A DNA stretch of 54,391 nt, filler included, from Sphacelaria rigidula (taxonomy: Eukaryota), in NCBI GenBank assembly GCA_964200075.2. It is 3 parts of 3 records of this genome, joined end to end, with 100 filler letters (N's around TTAATTAATTAA, not from the genome) between each part and the next. Parts side by side here need not be neighbours in the genome. Positions count along the whole stretch, not along the records: positions 1 to 18,066 come from CAXNAA020000925.1; 2 more parts are not named here. One strand, 5' to 3'. The notes under the pieces were generated by a model. It ran no database searches. It saw only the letters and a list, made by a program, of their open reading frames with translations, and was not told the origin of the DNA. This document shows positions 1-14,200 of this stretch, piece after piece; position 1 is the first letter of the stretch; each line of letters begins with the position of its first letter. The translations under genes and the position numbers were made by a program.

Positions 1-11
1 CCCCCCCTCCC

Positions 12-78
12 CCCGGCGTCTTGAAAGGGAGGCGGGGGCAAAGACCAACCGACCAAGGCAACCAAGAAATGAGTCCCC
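12..78 (-). repeat. 68-bp G-tract-associated repeat, degraded or low-quality inverted copy
   Basis: cgtcttgaaagggaggcg...gaccaaggcaaccaagaaatgagt between C-runs resembles the reverse complement of the unit. Confidence 0.65.
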
Positions 79-350
79 CCCCCCCCCCCTCCCTCCGGCG
101 GTCGTATTCTTTTTTTTCACAGAAAGAAACACTCAATAAATAGGCATGTTGGGGCGACTTGGGTGAGGTAGCGCTCATGATTGTTGGCCCTATCTGCCAC
201 TAGAAGATGCGACGCACATTGGACGCAAATTGACGGTGTAGATATATGCGTTTAGCTTGATTGAGCGAGCATTGCAGAGTATTGTGGTATTCGTCTGGTC
301 TTGTTCTTGTCGTGAAAGTGTGATGTGGAATGTATCGCAGAAACCCATAA

Positions 351-715
351 AACAGCCGATCGTCTATGTTGAGGATTGAGATTTTCATTGAGGATGAGAA
401 AGAACCCGGAGGATTAAATCTTCGTATCGACACTAAATCTTCGAAATATGGGTCAATTCTTTTACCTACTAGTAGCTAATTATAACTGCTACATGTCCCT
501 AACATTTGGATGTCAACAACCGAAATATTGATATTCCAAATGAAGAAACAATTTCGGGGAATTCAGGTGATCCGATCGGATCGCCGAAATTCCCTGAAAT
601 TGGGCTTTCCCGTAGGACCAAAACATTTCGGTCATTGAAANNNNNNNNNNATTTAATCCTCCGGGTTCTCATCCTCAATGAAAATCTCCATCCTCAATAT
701 AGATGATCCGCTGTT
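351..715. mobile_element. Foldback MITE family A, copy 1 (gap inside)
   Basis: ~65-bp terminal inverted repeats (aacagccgatcgtctatgttgagg...acccggaggattaaat / atttaatcctccgggt...gatgatccgctgtt); 10-N gap at 641-650. Confidence 0.8.
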
Positions 716-1246
716 ATAAATATAACTTGGCCTTACTTGGCTCCACAGGGATGCGAAAAATTGAAGCTCCCTCAACAACAAGAATTCATTTTTTTCAACA
801 TTTTTTAGTTCATTTCTGTATTTTTTATTTCGTATTTTTTTCATGTATGGGATTTGGTAACCCCTTCCCCCCGCCCCCCCCCCCCAAAAAAAAGCTCAAG
901 GATTCAATAAAGGGGTATAGGGTCTCGGATTGTTTTTTTGGGCATTCTTGGATGACATTCAAATCCCATTCAAAGCGGTCAGCAATTCGAAAACCATTCA
1001 TCTGTAATTTGCAGCAGCATACTCTCCTTGAGTCGAGGAGGACGAAAATAAGCCAAGGCTAGCAGCACGCGGGGATAAGAGCGCACAGTGATTCACGTCG
1101 GGACCCACATGCATGCATGCACTTGAATTGCAAGCCATGGTATACTTTGTATTTTATGGTCGCGGATCACCGTTTGTTTGCTTGCTATTTTTTATTCCGG
1201 ATGTCGTGCTATGAAACGACAAACAACCTGGCATATATCCGCAATA

Positions 1247-1696
1247 AACACAGGATCTTACAAATTGGGGATGGATCTTTTATTGGGGATGGGAAACCCG
1301 GAAATTAAAATCTTCGTATCTCCACCAAATCTTTGAAATGTGGTTCCCTTTATTCACCTGCTGAAGCTATTGGACAACTGATACACGCCATACAAACTTG
1401 GATTTCGATCACCGAAATGTTGGGTTCTAGGTGTAAAAACAATTTCGAGGAATTCCGGGTGTCCGAAGGGACTCCAAAATGGTTCCGAAATTGTTTTTTC
1501 ACCCAGGACCCCAACATTTCGGTGATCGAAATCCAAATTTCTGTGGCGTGTAGCAGTTGTCAATAGCTATCAGTAGGTGAAGAAATGGAACCATATTTCA
1601 AAGATTAGGTGCCCATACGAAGATTTGAATTCTCCGGGTTTCCCATCCCCAATAAAGATCCATCCCCGATATCCCCGATTCGTAAGATCCCGCGTT
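1247..1696. mobile_element. Foldback MITE family A, copy 2 (almost fully palindromic)
   Basis: The left ~200 bp is the diverged reverse complement of the right ~200 bp (e.g. ggatttcgatcaccgaaatgttggg / cccaacatttcggtgatcgaaatcc); related to copy 1. Confidence 0.85.
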
Positions 1697-2261
1697 AATA
1701 TCACTTCGAGGTGTACTGACCACGAGCACTGTACTGTACTGTCTGCTGTACCTGAACTGATGTCAGGTAGGTGCAGACCTCAATTGTGCTGTCATTTTGT
1801 TCGCAATCATGTAAGCATCTTTGTTATAAACCCACTACACAAAAAATGGTATGAACATAGCCCGTAACGTCAAACTTTAAATGAATTAGATAAACTGGAG
1901 TCCTGATCACCAGTTCGAGTTAAACTCCAGCTCCATTTTAACTGCCAGTACAAATTGGTTCAGTTCATAGCCCCATCATATGCTGTTTACGGACTCATCA
2001 CATCGAAGGGGAAGCATTGGGACTATAATGTAATTAACGGGGAAACAAAGAAAAGAGCGCACCAAAGAGAGGATATATTAACAAAAAGTGTTCCATTGAC
2101 ATGTTGTCCTTCCTTCGGCACAAACAAGCATCGCGTTCATCTTGCTGAATTGCGGGAACTGGTGAATCAAAGTATCCAAATGTGTGTATGAAAATATTGG
2201 TGAGTGAGTTGAAGACTTGCACCTCACCGACGACCTCACACGTTGGCTGAAGGTAGAAAGC

Positions 2262-5200
2262 ATGGGGGAACAAGACCTTCTCCACGGAGTTCTAGCACAG
2301 AAAGTGGAAATCGAGGATGTGAAGGCATGGCTGGACAATTTTGAGGTACAATCGCGCGTGAACAGCCTAAGAATCACAGCTTCCTGCACTGGTGTATGTG
2401 GGGTATGCCGTACTGCGCCACCGCCTCGGCCTGCATCTTTTTAGGCAACGGAGGCCGAGGCTAATGTAATCGAGGGATATCGTACGAATACGCTTACATA
2501 CCTCGTGTGTACTATCTCTCATTGGCAGGACCATGCCGCTGATGGACATTCAGATTTCAAGCAGTATGACCGTTTGAGTTTCGTCGTGGTGTTGCTCAAC
2601 TTCTTGCGCGAGGATGCGGCTGCACTTCTCAGACCTGGAGACCGATGGCAGACGGCTGACCATTCTTGTCAGGCAGGTACTCGTCAGGATGGAGCAACAG
2701 GTGGGAGACGGTTGTTGATATATTTTTTAATAGCAATGTATCCCACTAGCTGTTTCGCGAAGGTCTTTGAAGACTGCGCAACTGCTGAATCTGGTGCTGG
2801 AGATACTTGATTGCAGTAACGGTTGCGCTCGCGGTGGTGCCTGTTGACCCGCTTCCTGCGCGAATCGCGATGGCTACACGCGTTATTTCGGGTCACAGGC
2901 GCAACCCATTACTCTTTCGTTGATTACCGGAGCAACAACGTATTTTTCTACAGGACACACGCCCAAGGTGGAAGGATGCATACCGTCTGACCAGCCAAGT
3001 CTGCCCACAGCGACCAAGCTAGACATGTCAGAATATCCGCCCTTGACTATGGGGAATGTCACGCGCGGCAGCAACCGGGTGAGCAGACTTGTGTAAATGG
3101 TAAAGAAATGACTATCCAGTACTGTTGCGCAGTGATGAATGTCTTCAATGTGTCAATCTAGACAGCAGCGAGAGTGTACCGTTGTTCGAGTACAGATCGT
3201 ATGGAGAAGCTGGTCTTCCTCGCGGGGTATTTCATGTATCGTAAATTACAGTGCTCTTGGTTTCACCAACCATATGTCAAAACTGAAATTCGTGCGATTG
3301 TGCATGCACCATTTATAGAATCCTTGGCGTTTCTTTCATGTGGTTATGGAGTAGCCATCCATCAAGTTCCGCACACTCTTGAATCATGTCAGACGGATGC
3401 ATTCGTCGACAGGGGGTACAATCGACATGCTCGTCGACACAAGCGATCACCAGGAGAACAGAAACCGTCTCTCTGTTTTTGTGTGCATCCCACCCAGGGC
3501 GGCAAGCAGAAACGGCGTATTCGACCAACAACTGTGAGCGACGCAGACAAGCCGTCGGAGGTGAGTTAATAAGTCGCGCAGTAGAGCGTTCACCACGTCG
3601 AAAGTGACATTTGTGGTCATTTGTTTCGTTCTAAACGGTTTTCGTGTTAGTTCTTACACTCCAACTCTGCAAGTCGATCCTTCAAAAGGGAGTGTGGATT
3701 GTTTTCGGGGCCCTTTGCCCTGACAATATCACATGTGGGTTGCTTCCCTGCTTCAACCTCAGGGGGATATAACCGATGTTGCTGCTAGCCCCGCTCCTCC
3801 CCAGAGCAGGATGGACGATGCGGCGGCGGGTCGCTCATCCGTCGGCCCTTCAGATTCGATACAACATAATTGTTTCAAGTCGTCCTCGGACGTGGTCGAC
3901 ACGTCGCTGACGATGTCCCCTGAGGGCCACCAAGCGCAGGCGACTGGGCGGGTGCTACTCGAGCAATGTCGCGAAGAACGCCGTGCTATCGCGAAACTCG
4001 TGGGATACGCGGGCACAGCTGACGAGGGTGAGCTTGAGGGCGGCATTCAATTCGGCAGGCCGCTCGATTCGTGCACCTGAGTATCTCAGGTAGTGCAGCA
4101 CTCCTCCGGCGTGCCAAGGTGTCGTCTTTCGACCTATTTGATGACTGCGCTTGGTTCCGCTCTGACATGGTGTATATTCTGACGCATTCTGCCCTTTCTG
4201 TATTAATTTCCCTTCCTCATCATGTGGCTGTCTGTACGTTCTGAAGAACACTGTGAAGAAGGTGATGCGATGTATCTCAGGGCAGCTACATCAGGCTCCC
4301 TACCGTTGGTCACTAGACGCTGTGCGCGCACACGTACTCCAGAGGGGGATCCCGGTACTGCTGATGACGTATCTATTCATGACCATAGCAAGAGCCTTCG
4401 TTTCAATTTGTTGGATGCGAGTGTGCCCGAAGTGGTGTCAACAGGAGTGGACGAGCTAGACCCCACATCTAGCCGACAACCCACGGCCGGTGTCGCGCGT
4501 GGTCTACAATTCCAGATCAATGACTCTAATGCTGGCAATGCTACCAGGTCGAGTTTCCAGCTCACGCTTTCGCAGGCGACTGCGGCGGTGTGTACCCCAA
4601 CAAAAACCGGCCCAACCACCGGCGCACCGCCATCTGACAAGTTGTGCGCTCCAAGCGATTGCCTGCCAGAGGTGCCTCAGGGTATGGCACCAGTTGTACC
4701 ATCCACGCCAGCAACAGGGAAGGTGAGGCCTCAAGTTGATTGCGCAATGGCTCAGTGTCGCTTGCTCTCTGGCGACATGGTTGGTTAGCAACCGGTGAAT
4801 AATGGGGGCACGCGCGAATGCTAATTTTTGTTTTTTGTTTTTGGTTCAACTGACTGTTGCGGACTGTGTTCGCAGAAAGATCACTGGATGGAGCAGCCGG
4901 TGCTTGCAAGCTTGGCGTCCCTCTACGTCCATACCCTGCTCCAAAGGCTTGTGCCCAACTTGGCGACTGAAATGCACCTCACGGTCCGCTTACTTCACGT
5001 ACACCCGAGCGCAACTCGCGAGAGTGGCATAAAAAGCCTGCAGCCGGAATACCTTCATGGACACCCGCCACTAGCCAGTGAGCATGCGCACTCTTCCGAC
5101 GTGGAGGATAGTGTAAGCGGAGTGTCTGCTGGCGGTTTGGTGGAAGGGAAGCGTGTCTTCAAAACTGGCTTGGATTGCAGGGCATTTGCGGCTAGGGTTA

Positions 5201-8200
5201 TAATGGGGTTGGATTCATTGCTGCCGCACGTGGGCACGGACACCCTCGACCTTTTGATGAGCAGTACGACTCTTTCCTCGGAGGTGCGACCGAGTGTCGA
5301 GAACCTGCCTGCTGCTTCGCTGAGGCCTCTTCAAATTCTTCTCCTCGTGTAGAATTCGTACCCGTTCGATTGTCACGACTACACACCACAGCTAGTTGCA
5401 CAGGGTTCCACAACGCCGGGCAACTCTCACATCCTCCGTCCCATCCATCTCCTGTCCCGATTCATTTGATGTGTTGATGCCGCCGACAGCCTGAAAATCT
5501 CATGGAGGACCTGCGTCGGGTTCTGTGCCAAGCAAGAGGCGATAGTCACATAACCGTGGGGGATTCAGGGCGGATACTTGGACAGCATCACGCTGATGAT
5601 ACAGCTATTGTTCAGAACGTTGGGGCGCCATACGCTGCGCTCCAATGGAGAAAGGAGGACTCGTTGAAGCACTGCAGGTGTGCGACGCATGTACTATCAC
5701 TGCTGAACCGTCATGAGTCATTTTTAGTGCCCCCTGCAGCACAAATATCACGGGCGTACGCTCATGTGGTGTGCGTATCCATGGTGAAACGAGAGCTGTT
5801 GATGGGTGCACAGCGGATCATCGATACCCCCGCGAATGTCGCGAAGAGAGAAGGAGAGCGGTGCGTGAGGCGGTGGTTGACTCACGACACGAAAAGTATC
5901 GATCCTGTGGGATCGACAGAAATTCAGCTTTATCAGAGGAGGGTCACCCCCCAGTGTGGAAAAAATCACACAAAATGAAAGGAGGAGCGGTGTATCAAGT
6001 GGTGAAAAAAATTGCAATTTGTGGGCGAATGACAGCATTAACTCGCTTCAAAAGGGGGTTGGGCAACAGCGTGCTATTTGTTGATGTGGCGTCAGTATAC
6101 TTGTTGTTTATTCAGTGTTGCGTAGACTTTATACGTTCCTGAAGCAGGATGGAAAGTGACCACGGGTATGACGAGGCGAACTTCGCTCAAAAGCACTCGT
6201 GGTTCCGACTATCGTACTTTGATATTTTGCAATACCCATTCTTCAGTGTGCAACCTTGCTTCTTCCTGGCCGTTGTACCTTCAAACAAACAATTCGGCAC
6301 CTCTGGAACGCGCTCCTCAACCAACACCATGTATGTTACCGACAAGCCGCTCTGTCCGAAAATGTAGGGGTCGTTAACCCAAATGTTCATATAGCAGTTT
6401 TCACCTAAAATAGGGAACTTTTGTAATTTTGTCGTAGTCGTCGATTTATAATACTTTTTTCGCGTGCCACTGCTCATCCCAGTGGACATTTTATCTTCAA
6501 GTTCGGGGATCGGGAGATACTAGGCATCCGCTCCACATTCCAAAGCAAGAACCATATCTCCGCTTCATATTGAGCGACTTACGGGCTGAATTGACAGGGT
6601 TGTCATTGACCGCTTTTGATCCAAAACGCATTTCTTTTCGGCTTCAGCGCAATGTATAAGTGAAAACAAAAATTCAGGGCCTGTAAAATTATACACTCAA
6701 GCTATCAGAAAATGTTCACCCCCCCTCTGTGCTATGCAGAGCTCGGTAGGGTAGTTTTCGTTTGTGGGTACCCTTCTGAATTTTCTCGTGTAGTATTCTT
6801 AGCACTCGAAAGTCCTAGCGTCGATAGATTTTGGGGGAAGAAGAAGGCCGTGCTCAGGACACAATCCTCAAGCGGTGTTACTGGGGGTGATACGGAGTAA
6901 GTGCCTCGTTCATCGGGTTTGTTATCGACCGTCGCTGGTCCAAAAAAGCACATTTTTCGGCTTTCGCGCAAAGATTGGGGTAAAAATTAGAAACCCAAGT
7001 ATTTTTGATTTGTTCACTCAAACAATCGGGATCGCTTCAATCGGGCAAAAAGACCCAAGGGTCAGAACCTCGGGGTGGGTAATCGCAGTACCCTCGGAAA
7101 CCGGTCAGCCCGTAAGTTGCTCAGTATTGAGTACAGCTATGGTTTTGTTCGAAATGTGGAGCGGACGCCTAATATCTTCCGATCCCCAAAGTTTGAGATC
7201 AAACTTTCAGTAGGATAAGCAGTGGCACGCGAAAATGCCATTAAAGCATGCCGACTACGAAAAAACTACGAAAGTACCCTACTTCGGCTGAAATCTACTG
7301 TATCTCGACCTCAACTGGAACAAAATTGGTGCGGATTTCTGCTCGATGTACGTGATGAATTCACGCGACTGGAACGCAAATGAACGGCGCTGTTCGGTAA
7401 CTCACTGTAAGAGCTTACACTTTTCGACCCGGTCAAGGGCAAATGGAGCTCGCCTCGTGATGAATACGTTGGTCGTACGTCCAGTCGAGGTTGCGGAAGC
7501 CGTGTTTCTGGCGATGGATTGTCAAGTTCCATCCTGATCCAAAACGCAAAAAACAAGAGACTGAAATGATACGCGCACTAGGTAAACGGAAGAAATCAAC
7601 GAAAAAAGGTAAATATTTAGCGTAAAAATACCCGTTCTCAGAGAAAACCCAGGGTTTCCCCGCGACGATGCCCGTATGGTTGCCCCGTGGATATGGAACG
7701 CGTCCCCTGGGTATAGTATCTGCATATGGCATCAAACTTTGATACCGAATACCAACAGTTGGTGTGAATCGTGAAAACGGTTATCATGTTTCCAGATATC
7801 CCAGCTGTCCCTATGTTTTCGGATAAAGTGGTACACATCCCAAATATAACGCGTATTCATCGAAAGATCGTACTTGAAGTTTCCGCGGTGCATACTCTTC
7901 TGCATGCCAGTTACGCAAACCCCGTGGCAGGTTTAGCGGTTTGTGCTGTGTCAAGGACTGTTTGAGTCCAGTGTTGTGCCAAAAACTGTTGTACTTGAGT
8001 GTAATGAGGGGAAACGGTTTGTGTGTTGGAGGCTCTGATATTTGATTTTGACAGCGCCCTCAATCAGGCAAGACCCGCCGAAATGTTGTTCGGTGTCATT
8101 TCATGTCCGTGTTGCCCTGGTCGTCACTTGTAAACTTGGTCATCCAGAACGGGCGCCGACCGCGCTTTGTTCCAGAATCAACAGGAAACCGTGGACCGGT

Positions 8201-11200
8201 TTGGATCCCTGCTGCGGAACTATCAAGGATCGAAGAAAGGACTTCAGCAATACCCAGAGCGCGCCTTGCAAGATCTCAGGTCAGATATTCTACAGGCATC
8301 TCTATTCAAAGGTGATGAGATCTCGACGCGAACTCGTGCGATTCTTTCCTTTCATGTAATGGTATACGCATCTTTCCCGCCCCCCCTCCCCCTCTTTGTA
8401 GCTTGTTTGTGAATCTTTGACGAATAAATGCTTGTAATTCTCACCTTTTCGCCGGCTAGGGGTGAAGACATTCGTGCACATTTCTTCTCGTGTCAATGGC
8501 GTGTGTTGGGTTGTCAAGCAAATGGTTTTCGTAAAAGACTTTCCCGTGCGTTTTTGTGAACTTTGCTCGCTGGATAGCCACCCATGTTTTGGTGCACCAC
8601 CAATGTTACGCCGTTGTACCACCGCCCTGACTTCGAGCGACTTATATCTGCCGCGTTGATCAGGGCCGATATTCGAAATCGGGACCTTCTGCCCATGAAA
8701 CTTACAGAGTTATCTCGTGGTGTCGACATTGTCAGATAGTCGAAGAATAATGAGTAATCCGACACTTGTGAGAATTTGGTCCTCCTGTGCGATGGTTGGT
8801 ATACACAGTTGAACCCAACACAGTTTATTGAATCGCCTTGCATTACCTCGGAGGTTCGCAGTACACAGCCGGCATTCATGTGCATGTTCGCGCGAACGCT
8901 TGCGGACTTTTGGTGTTGAGCAGAACCGCGGCATCTACACTGCTTGACGCTCTCGCTCCTGGGAACTTCGGGTGGCTTGCTCAATATCTACTTGCACAAT
9001 TAGTCGGCTGGGGCCTTGCTCCTCCGCAGGAGACGGACACCGAAGTAATGGCGTTAGTGGCACCTGCTGGGAACAAGGGTCTTGCGACACTGCAGAAACT
9101 GCATAATCGCATCAGCGCACCCATCTCGGGCGAGGCAAGCCTTCAATGACGTTTCCAGTGTCGACGTTTTGTTTTCATCCTGTCGGTCAAGATATATTAT
9201 GTCGATTCGTGAGACTTCCAGTGCTGCTGGAGTTTGTGATCGACATTCTGCAACGTCTGGAAGTACACAAATTTACTGGGCGAACAAACTCCTGCGCAGA
9301 ACTATAATTTCGTTCAATAAGCATAATCGTTTTGTATGACTGTCCGCATGAGCAGAAATCAAGGTACAAGCTCAACCGATTTTACAATCCGTCCCATCCG
9401 AATCTGTGCACCCACCAGCTCTCTTGCGCTTATTGTTGTGGGTACTCTGCTGTTGCATGTTATCCTCCTGATGAAAAACCTTGGCCTAAGACTACCAGAT
9501 TACGAGATGGCATGATCTGTTCCGGCGCGAGGACTGTTCAATGCGTCAGGACTTGTCGTGCGTATTTTGTCGACAAAGTCGGCGCAAAGAGTTTCAGTCG
9601 CGGCGGTGACACACATGTGTTTGTACCCTCACTGTAGTCCCCCGTAAATTCACCTGTGAAGCGTTTCGTTGAACATAGGGGTGCCGTTGTAGCATCGCAG
9701 CGCACACGCGTACTTGGTGCTGATACAAACCTTCCACCCATGCGCAGCTTTTCTTTTTTTTTCACCACGCTGTGATCGGCGTTCGATAACGTGTTAAGTC
9801 TCGAGCCTGTCGGATAATGTTCTCGGTTTTGGGTTGACAACACCCTTTTATCTCGCCTGTCAGGATGGACGAGTTTCCAAGAGCAGCCAGAAGCTTCGCC
9901 AACCTGTTGCACACGCTGATGGCCTGAAGAAGAGCTCACACCCCAAAGGGCGTATCGACGGGTCGCGTTCAGGCCAACCGCAGCCAAGGCCACGCAAGTC
10001 CGGACCTGGGCCGCGGCAGAGTAAAAGCCAGCCAGTCGTCGCTGGCGTCCGCATACCTACGGCTCCGCTGCAACTCCGTTGGTTCCCAGGCAACCAGGTG
10101 ACGGTGTATCGAAAGCGTGGTGCATCATTAGCGTTTCACTGTCGATATTGCGTGGACGCCGCTTGCCTAGCAGCAGTGTTCACCGTGCATTCATTGTAAA
10201 GAACAATGTAACAATATGTGTTTACGCGGTAGTGTTCCATCCTCACTATTAACGTGACCTACAATTGCGCCTCGCGTTGCCGCCGCTACCTGTGCATTCG
10301 GAATATGGAAACGCCACAGGAATTCTTCTATCATGTCGTGATGGCGCTGGACAGCCATGTACTCAACAGGCACCTCAAGACGGCACTGATCGCAGAAATT
10401 GCCGAGCTTCACCACACACAATCGAGGCGGGACAGAGGCCTCAATGAAGCACGACAGCTTGATGATGCTGACCATGTTTCTGGTGGTCATCGGGGAAGCG
10501 GCGATGGGGTTGGCGGTTTCACCGACATAATGGTCAAGCTCAAGGTATACAATCGAGTTTGCCACATGACGAGCGTTCTCTCCAGGGGTGTTTACTGACG
10601 ATTTCCCTGTTTCATAATACCGGCTGTATTCTGCAGCAAACGCATCCGGTTCGAATCGAGTTGCCTCTCTAGTTCGAGGGGCCCATGCACGCACGAGTCC
10701 CCACTCTTACACCAATGCGCATCCTCTACCCTCCGCCATCTGGTCCCTCCGCTGATTCAGTTTGTCCGCCGCGACGAGTATGGACTTAGATTCGTGATCG
10801 GCTGCATTTTCTTAGTGTCCGCGTGATCGGTTACAGTTTGAGACCAGTATCCTCTTGCTGAAAATTGCAGTGTGTAAGAGCATGCTTTTATTGTGTGCTG
10901 TATCTTTCGAACTTCCACGTAGTGGCTGCATCCAATCCACCCCGCGATGAGACCGTTGTGTTCCTTTAAATGCAGGTTCTTGCCAAATTCCTCGGGCTTT
11001 TGACGTTTTCGCCGAACTGGGGCGTTCCCGCCAACTCGTCGGCGACTCCCCGAAGTAATGTCGTCCCGCTACCGGCAATACAGGTGTGTTCGACTGTTTT
11101 TTTGTCATCTGACATGTCGGTGTAAAATGTGGGTACCCACTTGGCTTATAAATATCTGTTTGCGATGATGCGAATATATTGCATGTTTGACGAGCTGTAG

Positions 11201-14200
11201 ACTGATCAATGCCAGAGGACGCAATCAACCCGTGATCCCTTGATTTGCCGCGAGCGTACGTCAAAAGTTTGATATGTTACACAAGCCTGGCCGAGCAATG
11301 AGAGCAATGGTATATTGATGGAGATTCTTGGTTCGCTTAGCATGACTTTTGACTCATGTAGGAGACGTGCTTACTTCAACGTGGGTTCACAGAAACCGCG
11401 TGCGTTATCCGCATTCTGAGCTGTTTAACAGGAATACGCTGCAGATCTCCCGCTCCCCTTGCTGCAGTACCTGAGACATGCGTGGTCAACGGAGGGCCTG
11501 GTGGGAGTTGTGCCCTGGGTGGCGGACTTTTTGCGGATGATGAAGTGGGACGTCGTGTCCATGCAGGTGAATGGCATCGCATCCTTTCGGTGAACGCATG
11601 TCTGCCCCGCAAGGCGTAATATCCGCACGATGTTGCGTTGAAATATTGTATTCTTCTGAAACGAGAATTCCCCCCAATGTGTCGGGGTGATGGAATTGGA
11701 AATCCTTTCGTTTTATGTGCTCTCGTCTGCTCTAGGCTGATACCTATCGCAGCGTTTTAGTCACATTGGCGCAACTTCATGCTCGACCTCGCATGAGACC
11801 GGGACATCCAAGATTCACGCAAGGTCTCCTAGCCGTAAGCTGTGAGGTGAGTTTCGATAGGTGATCACATTGATAGGATGTCTAGGAGCATTCTGACGTC
11901 TCACCAGGTGTCTCTTCCACGCGGGAACGGGCTACGTGCTGAGGTTTTCATACGCCGTCGCTGATATTGACGTAAATTATTAAAAAAAAATCACTGTCAA
12001 ATAACATCTGCTGCCTGGTACGGTATGTTGCGTTACAAAAAATTACAGTCGTGTCACCGGGCTTGGCTGCATGCCGGCAACTCAACGTGGTGGCACGAAT
12101 GGAATAGCACATATAAAGATTGATAGATGTGGTGCAACTGCAATGCTGCGTCCACAAGCTTACAGGTCCCCAATGATTGAATTCTCGACTATTGGTGGGA
12201 TGTTGGGTATACTGAGCTAACATCGTGTAGAATGCCCGAGCACACCGTTGCCACCTAGATAAAATGATCGACGTGGCGCCGGGTGCCGCTGTTGTATCTC
12301 ATTGGTCACAGATTGAGACGCTATTCCAAGAGTTGGGTCATGATCTTGGTGCGCACGATTACCTCACATCATCTTCCAAACGAAGCGCTTCTGCGGGCGC
12401 CTTCAATACCCAAGAAGCTTTCGGCTCGGCACGCCATGCCCAGAGTGATACTTCGTACAGCTTACTGCAGACCTGTGACACCAGTGGATCTCAGCAGCAA
12501 GGTCTATTCGCCGAGGGAGGTCCACAACCCACCATGGGATCGTTGGACTCGGATGTCGTTCTGAGCCGCCGATTGATACAGAATTGCTATCCATTCTTGG
12601 AAGACGTGCTCACATTGATCGGTAACTTGGACCGAACCTGGAGACTGGGTTTAGCGCATAGCGGCGAATCCACCCCATTCGGGGCAACCCGATCTCCACG
12701 TCTGGTGGCAGGAGTTAGTCCACGCAGCAAGCGAATTATTAAGCCACATCCGTTGCGGCCGTTACCTACTATGCCGAGTGTCCCCGAGAATCGTGATCGC
12801 CCGGGCATAATGAGCACACAGGTGGAGAAACAGCATCGCGGCCCTCAGACGGACAGCGCACGCGTACGGCTAGTGGAGTCGTTCTTCCATTCCCAGCCAA
12901 GTGAGCTTCAGACTACTGCGGACTTCGTGGTTCGACGTGCTGTACACAATTCGTGTGAGGATACGTTGGCTACGCTGGTCCGGCCTGCCGTAGCCGCCAT
13001 CATCAGTCAGCTTGAGCTTGCCTCTAGAGACATCGACGAGCCTGGCCGTTCATCTGCTGTACACCATGCAATTAGGATGTACCCGTTGTCAAGAGACGGC
13101 CCTGATGGTAGTAGCTTGCCCGGGCAGCAGGAGCGCCAGCCAATGACCCGCCTTGAACATCGTGCCGCTTGGACAACAGCAGCACTGCAGCAATCGGTGG
13201 GATGTAAAGCAAAAGCGATGGCTGGGAAGCGGGCCCATGTTCTCGCTAGAGAAAGCACCTCGTCGTTAGCACCGCAGTCGCTCCCGCTCAGGTGAATCGA
13301 TGCGTCGTCTCGTAGTAGTGTTCGTCGGCGGGGCGCGTAGTTTCGACTGCCCGATTCACCCCCGTTAAGCTGCAAACTCCCATTTCAAAGCTATTGCTTG
13401 TCCATTTGCGCCAAGAGGGGTACTATGTTCACGCTAATGTCCACCAAATATTTGTAGCCAAAAACCGTCGGGTATTCTTCTGGGGGCAATATGTCCATCT
13501 CCGTGGTCATAATTTCGTTATCATCAAATTCCGCAACAGGGTTCGCGAAACAGCGGCGGCCATTGCTGGGCATCATGCGAAGTTCGCGGCGGAGAAAAAG
13601 ATCAGGGAATTGACAGCAACAGCGGTGCGTCAAGGACACAAGTTCCTCACCACTTGTATGTTTTGAATGGGTATTCGGACGCTGTTTGCAACCGTCGCCT
13701 GTCGGGGACAAAACTCTTCATGCCTTGTATGGTTCTGGTAGGAAGATCTTCGCACGTTTGCTCTGCCGAGAAAAAGTGTCTCCGCCCTGGAACGAACATG
13801 AGCTGACTTCGCTTTTTGCTGTCTTTCCTAGACGAGAGGCCGATGGCGCACGTCATATAGCGTGCATCAGGTTGACAATATGCATTTATATTCTGTCACT
13901 TGTGTCTGTGGCGCTGGGAGATTCAAATACTATGGGATTACATGTACTAGAGGCGACTCTAGTGGCCACTCGGGAAGCCTGAATTAGCTATTGCTGACAA
14001 GGTGCCATACCTGAAGAATCGAAAAACCTGTTCGTGGTTGTGCGGGACTCCAGTCGCTGGGTCAATGCCGTTTCACGTATCAAGCGTACAAACCTATGGT
14101 TCAGCCTTTGGTCTACTTGCTCTTCTCTCTTTTGGAAGCCGATAATCTGAGCACATACAAAAGTGTCGTGGAATATTTTCCCATGATGCGGCTCATCTGC

